Notes: generated by a model from the sequence alone, not told the origin. A stretch of DNA of 64,000 nucleotides from an uncultured Simkaniaceae bacterium (GCA_963813105.1 CAWEXT010000003.1:31790-95789), one strand, 5' to 3'. Numbered from the stretch's first letter, positions 50,286-64,000 are shown. A program made the numbers and translations.

Positions 50286-51343
50286 AATATATCCTTTTAG
50301 GCCTTGTCCTAGCTAGCTGCTCAGGAAAAGCTCCTCAGCAAACCAACTTTGTTCCTCCCGCTGTGCCTGTCACGACAGCGGAAGTAGCTATTCGCGATGT
50401 CCCTCTTTATTTCGAAGAGATGGGAATAGTCACACCTTATCAAACGGCAGAAGTCAAACCGCAAGTCAATGGGCTCATCACTTCTGTGCATTTCCAAGAA
50501 GGACAATGGGTCGAGCAGGGCGAGCTACTCTATATCATCGAAGAAGCACCTTATAGCATTAAAGTACAAGAAGCCGAAGCGCAGCTTGCGCAGAATATGG
50601 CGAATCTTCAAAACGCAAAGAAAAAACTCGATCGCTACAAAAGCTTAAGCAAACAAGATCTCATTGCGCAGGTGGAGTGGGATGAACTCGAAACACGTAT
50701 TACCCTTTCTGAAGCGATGGTCAAAGGCGATGAAGCAAGACTTGCCGCAGCGAAACTCGATCTTGCTCGTTGCCGAATCGTCGCGTCGATTTCTGGAAGG
50801 ACGAGTAAAACTTCTCTGCAAGCAGGCAACATGGTCGCCAGCCACACGACACTCGTCACCTTGTCGCAAGAAAAGTCGCTCTTTGTCGATTTCTCGATCA
50901 CAGAAAGAGAGCTTTACCAACTTCCTTCTTCCAAAATTTCTTTCGAAGTATTCGCGGCAGGTGAAGAGGAATGCCTTGCGTCAGGAGAAGTGACATTCAT
51001 CGACCATACGATCGACCCTGAATCAGGAATGATCGCGGCTAGTGGCTTGCTTACCCATATGCACAAGCCCCTTTTTACAGGGCAAATTGTCCGACTCCAT
51101 GTCTTCTTCGGCAATAAGCTTCAGGCTAAACTCGTTCCTCTCAGAGCGATCAAGACCAATCAATCAGGCGCCTATCTTTTTTCCGTGAAGGAAGATAGCA
51201 CTGTGGAACTACGCAACGTCAAACTCGGACCTGAAGAAAAAGGAATGATCGTCGTCGAAGAAGGTCTTGACGGCGCAACTAAAGTCGTCACCGAAGGACA
51301 ACTACGGCTTTTCCCTGGGTTAAAAGTTGAGGAAGTTCACTGA
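50282..51343 (+). CDS. RND efflux periplasmic adaptor (membrane fusion protein)
   Basis: Lipoprotein-like start (LVLASCSG). Lipoyl/hairpin pattern (VKPQVNGLITSVHFQEGQWVEQGELLYIIE...AKLDLARCRIVASISGR). Overlapping start and stop with both neighbours. Confidence 0.82.
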   Translation: MKYILLGLVLASCSGKAPQQTNFVPPAVPVTTAEVAIRDVPLYFEEMGIVTPYQTAEVKPQVNGLITSVHFQEGQWVEQGELLYIIEEAPYSIKVQEAEAQLAQNMANLQNAKKKLDRYKSLSKQDLIAQVEWDELETRITLSEAMVKGDEARLAAAKLDLARCRIVASISGRTSKTSLQAGNMVASHTTLVTLSQEKSLFVDFSITERELYQLPSSKISFEVFAAGEEECLASGEVTFIDHTIDPESGMIAASGLLTHMHKPLFTGQIVRLHVFFGNKLQAKLVPLRAIKTNQSGAYLFSVKEDSTVELRNVKLGPEEKGMIVVEEGLDGATKVVTEGQLRLFPGLKVEEVH

Positions 51344-54300
51344 TGAACCCTTCTGCGCCGTTTATCAAAAAACCGGTAATGACCATCATCCTCATGGCAG
51401 CGATTGTCCTGATGGGGATTCTCTCGTTTTTCAAACTCCCTGTCACAGATCTCCCGAGCGTCGATTATCCGATGCTCAATGTTTCCGCGATGTATACAGG
51501 CGCAAGCCCCGAGGTCATGGCGCGTACTGTTGCAGCGCCTCTGGAAAAAGAACTCGTCAACATCAATGGCCTCAAGCACATCACTTCACAAAGCAGTCGA
51601 GGAATGACATGGATTACCCTCATGTTCGATCTCGATCGCGACATGAACGACCTCGTCCAAGATGTGCAAAGTGCTTTAAAAAAAGCGGAAAATGCTCTTC
51701 CTCCCGACCTCGATCAAAGGCCAACCTATTACAAAGCCGATGCCCATTCAGGATGCGATCATCTATCTCATCCTCACTTCGTCCTCGTCTACCTCTTTCT
51801 GAGCTTTATGATTATGCACATGCCCGCATCGAACAACGCATAGCGCGCATCGAAGGCGTCGGCAAAGTCGAAGTTCATGGATCTCCCTATGCTGTCCGCA
51901 TTTCTCTCAATCCCGAACTGATGACTGCCCGAGGACTCACCTTTGAAGAAGTGCGCACATCGATTGCGCAAGCAACAGGCACCCTTCCTTTAGGCAGGCT
52001 CGATACTCCCGGCCGCAAGTTCACTCTCGAACTTCCTGGCAGGTTCCAAAATGCCGCCGACTTTGCCAACCTTGCTCTCACTCCTCATGTGCATTTAAAA
52101 GATATTGCCGAAGTGAATGACGGTCTGGAAGCAGGAAGAAGTTTTCCACTATGTCACCAAAGACCAAGACAATCTCGCAGTCATCTTCGGCATCCAAAAA
52201 CAAAATAATGCCAACGCCGTCAAGATTTCTCAAGAACTGAAAAAACTCTTACCCGAACTAAGAGCAGAACTTCCCTCTACCATGCAGCTCGAACTCTGGT
52301 TCGACAAAGCGAACTGGATCAAAGAAGCGATTCAAGATGTCGAATGGTCCCTAATCCTAGCATTTATTCTCGTTCTCGGCGTCATCTATTTAAGTCTTGG
52401 GCGCCTCCGAGAAACTCTCGTTGCAGCCGCAGCGCTTCCTCTTTCGATCATCGGCACGCTCATCGTCATGCAGCTGCTCCATTTCAACCTCGATCTGCTT
52501 TCTCTGCTCGCGCTAACGCTTGCCATGGGATTCGTCATCGACGATGCCATCGTCGTCCTTGAGAATATCGTCCGTCATCGAGAAAAAGGTCTTTCCCCAC
52601 TGCAAGCGGCTCTACAAGGATCCAAGCAGATCTGCTTTACAATTTTTTCCATGACCCTCTCGCTCGTCGCTGTTTTCATCCCCATGCTCTTCATGCAAGA
52701 CATCACCGGCAGGCTTTTTAGAGAGTTCAGCGTCACTCTTGCCATCTCGATCCTAGTTTCAGGTTTTGTCTCGCTCACGCTTACACCGATGCTCGCGAGC
52801 AAATTTAGCTCTTCGCATCAGAAGCCCGCTCCGCTGTTCAATACCGCGCTTCTCAGTTTCTACAAACGCACTCTCCATTGGTGCTTGAACCACAGAAAAA
52901 CAACGCTCTCTTTTGCCTGCGGAATGGTCGGACTTACCGTCATGCTTTTCCGTTTTCTTCCGATCAATCTCTTCCCGGAAGAAGATCGCGGATTCATTTG
53001 GAGCTTCGTGCAAATGCCGGGCGGCATGTCAAAAAAAGACACCGAACTCTATCAAGGCAAACTCAACAGGATCGTCCAAGAACATCCTGCCGTCGATACC
53101 TTCGCTACCCTCAATTTCAAAGATTTCCAAATTTATCTCATCCGTCTGATGCAGTCCGATCGCGTCCCCCAAGCAGCTGTCGTAGGCGAACTGCAGACCC
53201 AACTCAATAGCATTCCAGGAACACAAGCCTTCATGCGCGGGATTCAGCTCATCTCGAATACCATGGGTGGTTTTACACGAAATAACTACCAGTACTTTTA
53301 CGGGGCTCCGACCTCGATGAAGTGCGCGTTGCCGCGGAAGTCTTAAAGCAAAAACTCACGCTAGATCCGAGCTTCATCTATCCCGACCTCAACATGAAAG
53401 CCGACGATCCCAAGCTCGAAATCACTATCTTCACGCAGCTTGCCGAAAAGCTCGGCCTCACACGCCAGTCTATTCAAACCCTTCTGCAAAATGCCTATGC
53501 CGGTGGAAGCATCGGCAAAATCGAGAAAAACTCCGAGCAGTACAACGTCTTCCTCGAACTCGGACCGCAATTCCAAAAAAATACCGCCGCGCTTTCCAAG
53601 CTCTACTTAAAGACTCCCGCCGGCAATAACGTTCCTCTTAAATCCATCGCCTCCTGGAAAGAAAGTGTTGGCCTGCAGACTATCGAACACATCGATCTTC
53701 TTTCTTCCGCTGTACTTTCCTTTGACGTTTCCAAGGAAATCCCCCTTACCGAAGCCCTGGATAAACTCAAAAAAATCGCGGCTGACACACTCCCTCTTCC
53801 GTCTGCGGCAAACTCGAAGGTCTTGCGGAAATGGTCGACAAAACCAGCAACGATACCGCCATCCTTCTCCTTCTCGCCATCGTCGCCATGTATGTCGTCT
53901 TAGGAATTCTCTACGAGAGTTTCATCCATCCTTTCACGATTCTCTCAGCGCTTCCCTTTGCTTGCCTCGGCGGGATTCTTACCCTCCTCATTTTTCAAGA
54001 GCCCCTTTCGCTTTACAGTATGGTCGGATTCCTTCTCCTGATCGGCATCGTGAAGAAGAATGGCATCATGATGGTCGACTATGCTCTGGAAATTCAGCGT
54101 TCGGAAAATAAACTCTCCCCTCAACGCAATCCAAGAAGCATGCCAGATACGATTCCGGCCCATCATGATGACGACCATCGCTGCTGTCATGGGCGCAGTC
54201 CCCATTGCCATCGGCATCGGCGCCGGCTCAGAAACTAGCCGCGGACTTGGTCTTGTCATTGCCGGTGGTTTGATCTTCTCGCAGTTCCTCACTCTGTTCA

Positions 54301-54377
54301 TCACGCCGATTCTGTATCTCTATCTTGAGAAACTCCGATCAAGAAAGAAGAAAACACCGATTCTTCAACAGCAGTAA
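51343..54377 (+). pseudogene. RND efflux permease (AcrB/MdtB-like), about 1011 codons, at least 5 frameshifts as assembled
   Basis: The N-terminus FIKKPVMTIILMAAIVLMGILSFFKLPV..LP is followed by family peptides across frames (LAMGFVIDDAIVVLENIVRHRE; ILYESFIHPFTILSALP; IGIVKKNGIMMVDYA; RFRPIMMTTIAAVMGAVPIA). Confidence 0.85.
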
Positions 54378-54597
54378 ACCAACTTCATCCTTCCTTAAAA
54401 TTTCCTCAAGAGACAACACTCAAAAATTTGTTGTCTTTAAGCGCATGTCTGCGTAAAAATCAAATTCTATAAATTGCCATCAAATTTCAAAAATTTATTT
54501 AAATGTATCACGTTCTTTTTAAAAAAATCTTTTCACATATTCAGCTAGTGAAATTACGAACAATTTTCATGCAACCTCGAGTTCATGCAGATAAAAA

Positions 54598-57626
<3,029 letters not shown>

Positions 57627-57723
57627 TTTCCGAAATCCGACGAAATAAATGGTCGATTGTTGAAGAATGGTTTTACGAATGAATTTAGGATTTCATTAGA
57701 TGTATTTAAATTTAAGGCAAAAA

Positions 57724-58638
57724 ATGATCTCTACTATTAGAGTTTGCTGTTTTGTAATATTTACTTTTTCCCCATTGCTGAATATTCTGAGCCGAAGAAT
57801 TAGAAAAAAGAAGAAAAGAAATATGCTTTATCTGTTTGTGCGGTTTTTAAAAATGAAGCGAAGTACTTGAAAGAGTGGATCGAATATCATCAATTGGTAG
57901 GAGTCGATCATTTTTATTTATATAACACAGCTAGCAAAGATCGTTCAGTTAGTGTACTGCAACCATATATTAGAAAGGGGCTTGTCACACTGATCAATTG
58001 GTACGATTTGCCTAGTCGCGCAAAAGGATGATGCCACATGGGCTTTAGCTTTACAAATTCCGGCTTATGAACATGCGGCAAAATATAAATCTGTCAAGGA
58101 TACAAAATGGTTGGTTTTTCTCGAGGTCGATGAATTTTTAGTTCCACAGGGAGAAAGCAAGATTACCGATTTATTGGAAAAATATGATGAATATCCAGGC
58201 ATTGTCTTAAAGAGCGATTATTTTGATGCCTCTACCGACACGTTTCCTAAACCAAAACTACTCATTGAAGCGGTAACACTAACAGGAAGAGCAGATCAAA
58301 GTCTCGAAAGAAGTGTCGAAAAAACGATCATGAAACCGGAGTTTTGCGAAACATTTATATGGCCACCGTATCAATGCAGATTTAAAAGCGGGAAAACTGC
58401 TATGCGGGCGAATCGGAATGAATTGCGGGTTAATCGCTATGCAAAACGCAATTCTGCCGATTCTCTTTTTGGAAAAATCAAAAATAAGCTATACATTGAT
58501 ACCCGAATGTTCTCCGAAGATGAAATCAGAGAACTTCTGGAAGTCGGCTATGAAATTGAAGATCAGGAGCGAGTCATCTTTCGGTTCGTGCCCGATCTGC
58601 AAAAAAAAATGGGATACGATTCCGGATGGGGGTGGTGA
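57724..58638 (+). pseudogene. Glycosyltransferase family 92 (DUF23)-like protein, at least 2 frameshifts as assembled
   Basis: N-terminal hydrophobic anchor (MISTIRVCCFVIFTFSPLL). A shifted frame gives LSVCAVFKNEAKYLKEWIEYHQLVGVDHFYLYN. Then comes WLVFLEVDEFLVP (a DxD-like acidic motif). Confidence 0.6.
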
Positions 58639-58729
58639 AACTCCTTTATATCTCAAAGACTCAAGGAGGCAATAAACGTGACATTGCGTGTTTAAGAAAC
58701 AATCCAAAACATCTCCAAAGAAGGTGAAT

Positions 58730-60311
58730 ATGAAAAGAGCCTTGATGATCGTTTCTCTGAATGTTTTCTTTTTCTTCGCTATCAGGTGGGCCCATTGTCT
58801 GGAACACTCCTATTACTATTTCTTCTGCAACTGGGACTGCAACAAATGCGGATATCGCTACGGATCCGAGCGGAAATCTTGTAGCAGTATGGGTGGAAAA
58901 CAACACCGTTCAGGCCAGCACACAGCCCGTGAATGGAAGCTGGAGCACTCCAACCACATTGTCTTCAGCAACCGCATCTTCTCCAAAAGTTGTGGTCGAT
59001 TCTAATGGAAACGCTACGGCAATTTGGATAGATGGTGGTGCGGCTACAACAGCGACTCTTCCTTTCAATGGCAGCTGGAGTGCGCAGACAACCCTATCGG
59101 TGACAGGTGCAAGCGCCCCAGACCTTGCAGTGGATGCAAGTGGAGATGTCGTGGCAATTTGGACACTAAGTGGGACAATTCAATCGGCAACCCATCTTTT
59201 CGGCGGGATCTGGCCTTTATTACCGGATACAATATCAGTTACCGGAGTCACGTCTGATACTCCGCATATCGCTATTGGAGGACCCAATAAAACGGCTGTT
59301 GCGACATGGCATGGTTTTAATACCATTGATACGGTCTATGCAGTATCGAAAAATTTGGGTGGTCTTAATATTTGGGGGACCGTTCAAACAATTTCTCCTG
59401 CGACAATCAGTAGCGCAAATCCGAGAGTTGCGGTAGGCCCAGCAGGGAACGCCTTGGTGAGTTTTTTTGAATTCGTCCTCAAGGACGCCAATGAGTATTC
59501 TGCTGTCGGTCTGAGCGCAGCTTTTATACCCTATGGCGGCGTAGCGAGGATATCTGCCACTATAGAGGGTATAGGGATCGTCAATCCTGCAAACTTATCA
59601 TCAAGTCTCGTTGTCGATAGTTCTGGAAACGCTCTTGCTACTTGGACGAGTTCTATTGATGGTGCCAACTTTAGTCTGAATTCTGTCGTGCTGCAATCGA
59701 ATGGAACTTTGTCTGAATTGGTGGAACTTTATTCTGATCTCTATATTTATCAACAGGATCTAATGGTAGATTCTGTTGGAAACGCTTTTCTTGCTTTTAT
59801 GAGTACAAATCCTAGTAATCCTTCTTCTTTGGTTATCCAAACTGAAGAGATAAGTATCGATTCTTTTTCACCCAATTCTTGGTATAATCAGGCCATAGTT
59901 TCTACCAATACTATCGCAGGGTATCCTCGAATTGCAGCTACTTACTCAAATGGGACAACGTTGACCGCCGCTATCTGGGAAAGCACGGATGGGACGAACA
60001 CCTTTATTCAAGCAGCAACAGGATCAGGAAGAGTGCTTAGCCCTGCTTCGAATCTTACGATTGTCCAGAATGTGAATGATTTTACGATTTTTAATGAGTA
60101 TTACAACACACTAAGCTGGTCGGCGAGCACAGATCCCAATCTTCAGGGATATGTGATTTATCGCAATGGCGACATCATCGCAGTGGTCTCTTCTGCCGTA
60201 TTACAATGGGTCGATGATAACAGGAATCCTAGCGTTTCGGACACCTATGGTGTTGCGGCATATGGTTCTGGATTGGATCAGAGTATAACCATAACCGCCA
60301 CCTATCCGTAA
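58730..60311 (+). pseudogene. Secreted repeat protein, paralogue A: signal peptide, ~8 propeller-blade-like repeats and a C-terminal FN3-like domain; one frameshift in the leader
   Basis: AAGGTG-N5-ATG, then MKRALMIVSLNVFFFFAI, then a shift into ORF 58761-60311. Repeats of D-x-x-G-N-x-[VA]-A-[VI]-W ... G-x-W-S ... L-S occur every ~45-55 aa. The C-terminus is YNTLSWSASTDPNLQGYVIYRNGDII...YGVAAYG. Confidence 0.75.
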
Positions 60312-60330
60312 TTATTAATTAGGAGAAAAA

Positions 60331-61894
60331 ATGAATAGAATATTAGCGATCTTATTTACAGTGCTTTTTGTTCCCTCTTCAGTGTTCCTATTACTTGGTC
60401 AAATCCACCTGTTGTTCTTTCATTGACAGGAGTCAATGCTTCAGATCCGCATATTGCCATGGACACAAGTGGAAATCTAGTCGCCGTTTGGGTAGAAAGC
60501 AATATGGTTTTAGCGAAAACCAAATTGGTTTCTGGAAGCTGGAGTTCTGCGACAACACTTTCTAGTGCGACGGCTTCTTCTCCAAGATTGGTCATTGATC
60601 CGAGTGGGAACGCTACGGCTATTTGGCTAGATGGCGGTGTCGTCACCGCTGCTACGATTCCTTTCAATGGGAGCTGGGGTGCAAGAACAGCATTATCAGG
60701 TTCTGGAGCAACTAATCCCGAACTTGCTATCGATCCCAATGGAAATGTCGTTGCCATTTGGACGACAGGGGGGATCATTCAATCAGCGACAAAGCTTTTC
60801 AACGGGAATTGGCCAATTTTTTTTGACACGCTTTCTCTTACCGGAATTCCATCGGATTTCGCGCATGTTGCCATAGGGAATAATGGCAATGTTGTTGCCA
60901 TCTGGTATGGCGTTGAGAATTCAGTCGATACGATCTATGCTGTGAGCAAACCTGTCAATGGATCATGGGGTCTTGTCCAAGTTGTTTCTGGGGCTATGAA
61001 TGGCAACTACCCGAAAATCGCAGTTGATCCGAATGGAAATGCTGTAGCGGTTTGGTATGCGTTTAATACATCGAATAATTTTTATTCTGATGTGATAGTC
61101 CAAGCTGCCTCATTGCCGATGAATGGAACCTGGGAAGCTCCCGTCACTATTTCAAATGTAATGGGACTGATGAATCCCGCTAATTTCGATGCTCATGTCC
61201 GTTTCGATGGCGCGGGCAATGCGATCGCGGTATGGAATACCTCTTCCGATGGGGAAACATTCACCTTGCAATCCTCTGTTCTTCAAGTGAACGGATCCTG
61301 GTATCGCCAGCGGTTGTGGTTTCTGGCCTCTATGCCTTCACTGAAGATTTAGCGGTGGATGCAAATGGAGATGTGCTTCTCGCCTTCATGAATGCGAATG
61401 GAGCCTCGATCACCGTCTATTCGACGGAGATGAGCGTAGCCGCAGTTACGCCGAATATCTGGGCGAGTGCAACGACCATTTCTTCGGGAACTCGCAATGG
61501 GTATCCTCGTATTGCTGAAACAAACAATGGAAATAATGTTCATGCGGCTGCACTTTGGCTCAGTTACAGCGGAACAGCTGACGTCGCTTGTAGCGCTAAC
61601 GGGAACGAGGAGGACATATTACCTCCCACGAGTCCAACAGTTGTTCAAACAATGACTGGTTATGGGCTGTTTACGGATTATATCAATACAGTGAGTTGGC
61701 ATGCCAGCACTCAGCATAGTCTTTCGGGTTATGCCGTGTACCGAAATGGCGAAGTGATTGCAAAAGTCAATAATACTACTACGCAGTTCGTCGATCACAA
61801 TAGGAATCCTGCTGTAGCGGATACTTATTGAATGGCAGCGGCATTCGGTAGTGGGAGCGAACAGAGCGCGATTGTTTTTGTGATAGCTCCGTAA
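60331..61894 (+). pseudogene. Secreted repeat protein, paralogue B; 2 frameshifts and one in-frame TGA (61829-61831)
   Basis: AGGAG-N7-ATG. Leader MNRILAILFTVLFVP. Same repeat architecture and FN3-like tail (YINTVSWHASTQHSLSGYAVYRNGEVI). After the TGA the frame continues as MAAAFGSGSEQSAIVFVIAP, homologous to the tails of A and C. Confidence 0.75.
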
Positions 61895-61907
61895 AGAAAG
61901 CAATTCG

Positions 61908-61946
61908 AAAACCCTCGTCTTTTGAAAGAAATCCGAGGGTTTTTTT
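61908..61946 (+). terminator. Rho-independent terminator after paralogue B
   Basis: AAAACCCTCG, a 16-nt loop, CGAGGGTTTT, then a T-run. Confidence 0.7.
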
Positions 61947-62002
61947 ATTTGCTCATCAAACCTGTAATTTCCTATTCTTAAGAAAACAATAAAGAGCGAA
62001 AG

Positions 62003-63556
62003 ATGAAAAAAATGTTCATAGCATTGTTCTTTATCGCTTTCTCTACTCCTTTGCTGGGTGTTCCTATTACGTGGGCTACACCTTCTACCTTATCCACCTT
62101 AGGGGTCAATTCACTCGATCCCCACGTGGCTTTCGATTCAAGCGGAAATATCGTTGCTGTTTGGAATGAAAATGGTGTTATTAAAGCGAGCACCCAGCCT
62201 GTCAGCGGAAATTGGGGTACGGCTGTTGCTATTTCAAGTTCTGGAGCATCCGCTCCTAGATTGTTTGTCGATCCCAGTGGAAATGCTACGGCAATATGGA
62301 TCGATAGTGGAGGTGTAAAAGCCGCAACGCTTCCCTCTGGAGGAAGCTGGAGTGCTGCGACGAGTGTTTCTTTAGCAGGAGCTTCTACTCCTCAGCTTGC
62401 TGGGGATCATAGCGGAAATGTCGTTGCCATTTGGGAGAGCAGTGGCGGTGGTATTCAATCAGCGACAAAATCTTTTGGTGGGAGTGGCCTTTGCCATTAT
62501 TAGTCGATACACTTTCGACAACAGGTGATAACCCTCAAGTAGCTATAGGCGCCAATGGAACAGTTGTTGCCATCTGGCATGATGTTACTTCCATCGGTAC
62601 CATTTATGCTGCGACGAAAATCCTGAATCTTGTTTGGCGGCGAAACAAGCGATTTCGAATTCCACACAAGATAGTGCCTATCCGAAGATAGCGGTCGATT
62701 CGAATGGAAATGCCTTAGCTCTTTGGTATCGATATGCACTAACAAATTCCGTCTATAGGAACGTTGTACAATCTGCATCACTTCCAGTGAGTGGAAGCTG
62801 GACCGCCCCTGTCGATATTTCAACTGTAGGTTTTCACAATCCAGCTAATTTAATCTTACGAGTTGCTTTCGATGGCAATGGAAATGCTCTTGGAGCTTGG
62901 ACTTCTTCTCAAGATGAGAGTTATTACCAGGTTAATACTGCGGTATTACCTGCTAATGGAGTCTGGACAGAACCGAGTACGCTCTTTTATGATCTATACA
63001 CTACCGCGCAAGATATAGCGGTTGATGCATTAGGGGATGCATTTATCGCTTATATGCAGACTGCCTCCTTGGTGATTGTATCATCCTATACAAATTTAGC
63101 GAGTAGTATGTCGATTTCTGGACTGATAAGGCTCTTGTGTCCAATGGAGCAAATAATGCGTTTCCTCGTATTGCTGTAGTGAACAACGGAAATACGATTT
63201 ATGCAGCAACAACTTGGATACGATACAATGGTTCTAATACCGTTATAAGGGTAGCAACAGGAACAGGCTCGGTTTTTTTACCACCGTCGAATCTTATGGT
63301 GACACAGAGCACGAATAATTTTGGAGTTTTAACGGAGTATTACAATACCCTTACTTGGACAGCAAGTTCTGATCCCAATCTTACTGGATATATCATCTTT
63401 CGAAATGGGGTAGAGATTGGAAATTTAACTTCGAGCTATTTGCAATTTACTGACCATAATCGACAGATAAGCTCATCGGTTACGCTAACCTATGGAGTAG
63501 CGGCAGTTGGAGCTGGAAGTAATCAAAGCGCAACGGTTTCTGTAAGCTTCCCTTAA
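62003..63556 (+). pseudogene. Secreted repeat protein, paralogue C; about 3 frameshifts
   Basis: Leader MKKMFIALFFIAFSTPLLG. Same DxxGN..A.W repeats across ORFs 62003-62503, 62431-62691, 62634-63179 and 63137-63556. FN3-like tail YNTLTWTASSDPNLTGYIIFRNGVEI...YGVAAVG. Confidence 0.75.
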
Positions 63557-64000
63557 TTCGCTTTTTGCGCGAGGGCTTCATTAGCTTTTGCAGCGAGTTT
63601 TTCGACAGCAAAGGCGAGATTCTTTTCCACGCATTCTTTCACATGCGCAGGCAAGTCTTTTATCGAAAGGAGTTGTTGGCAAGCTGTCATAGACTCTTCA
63701 TACCGTCATCCAATAAGCGCAAATGGAATACTCTTAAAGTATCCCGTAATTATAAATCCACGATTCGACAAAAAGAGGATCGGAGGAGAGAGGGACGCTC
63801 AGGTCGAAATTGGCGAAGAGATAGCCTAGAAGATAGTTTTCCTTCATCCGGTAGTAATGGCTGAGTCGATAGAGAGGCTCTGTGCGTGAAGGACGAAATT
63901 GAAAGGCTTTGGTGTAGCTGTTGCTAATAGTTGATTCGGGCATATTCAGGGTTTCTTGCAAAACAGCGATTTGGTACATCGACCAGAAAACCTCTTGATC
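63553..64000 (-). pseudogene. 3' part of a gene running off the window: helical (TPR-like) C-terminal region of the kind found on some family-2 glycosyltransferases; contains an in-frame TAA (63734-63736) and a frameshift
   Basis: The minus-strand peptide is ...RPSRTEPLYRLSHYYRMKENYLLGYLFANFDLSVPLSSDPLFVESWIYNYGIL-stop-EYSICAYWM.. It is then followed, in a shifted frame, by YEESMTACQQLLSIKDLPAHVKECVEKNLAFAVEKL. The family assignment is from memory of similar tails and has low certainty. Confidence 0.35.

Noticed and set aside
51327-52208. 293-aa ORF beginning 16 nt upstream of the RND start (MRKFTDEPFCAVYQ...).
   Set aside because: Most of it is an out-of-frame reading of the RND permease (Arg/Ser/His-rich nonsense). 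Only its 3' third coincides with the true frame, after a frameshift.
61829-61831. TGA being read as Gly (genetic code 25-like recoding), because it replaces a conserved Gly codon.
   Set aside because: TGA clearly terminates well-conserved genes in this same window at the expected protein ends (for example cdsA at 748-750, the MFP at 51341-51343 and fmt-region genes). A point error or mutation is far more likely.

Overview
This 64-kb window is gene-dense and its gene order looks like a Chlamydiae chromosome, probably an environmental or amoeba-associated lineage (inferred from recalled Chlamydia synteny, not from a search). Housekeeping blocks run as follows: cdsA-cmk-plsC; tRNA-Leu(CAG); trxA; a transporter fusion; trmL-mip-hisS; uhpC-dnaE; BamD-like and LptE-like genes; rsbW; a DD-carboxypeptidase; rsmA and rsmB; lnt-lpxC-fabZ-lpxA-fmt. 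Two Inc-like genes and a eukaryote-like GT90 glycosyltransferase follow. Next comes the long ribosomal operon rplC...rplO-secY-rpsM-rpsK-rpoA-rplQ, then gapA. Downstream of tRNA-Leu(UAA) at ~45.0 kb the content becomes accessory: an MNT/HEPN toxin-antitoxin pair, a histidine phosphatase, an FAD oxidoreductase, an EamA transporter and a TolC-MFP-RND efflux operon. The most unusual locus is at 54.6-64 kb. It holds a ~1000-residue BclA-like collagen-repeat protein ((GPT)n triplets plus a C-terminal globular domain), a GT92-like glycosyltransferase, three tandem paralogous secreted propeller-like repeat/FN3-like proteins, and a convergent putative glycosyltransferase tail. Major caveat: the sequence as given carries dense 1-nt frameshifts, often at short homopolymers, and at least two in-frame stops. 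These break indispensable genes (dnaE, ten consecutive ribosomal protein genes, secY, rpsM, rpsK, rpoA, gapA), so they are almost certainly assembly or consensus errors rather than real pseudogenes. Genes typed pseudogene below are disrupted as assembled; their end coordinates were reconstructed by eye across frames and are approximate.
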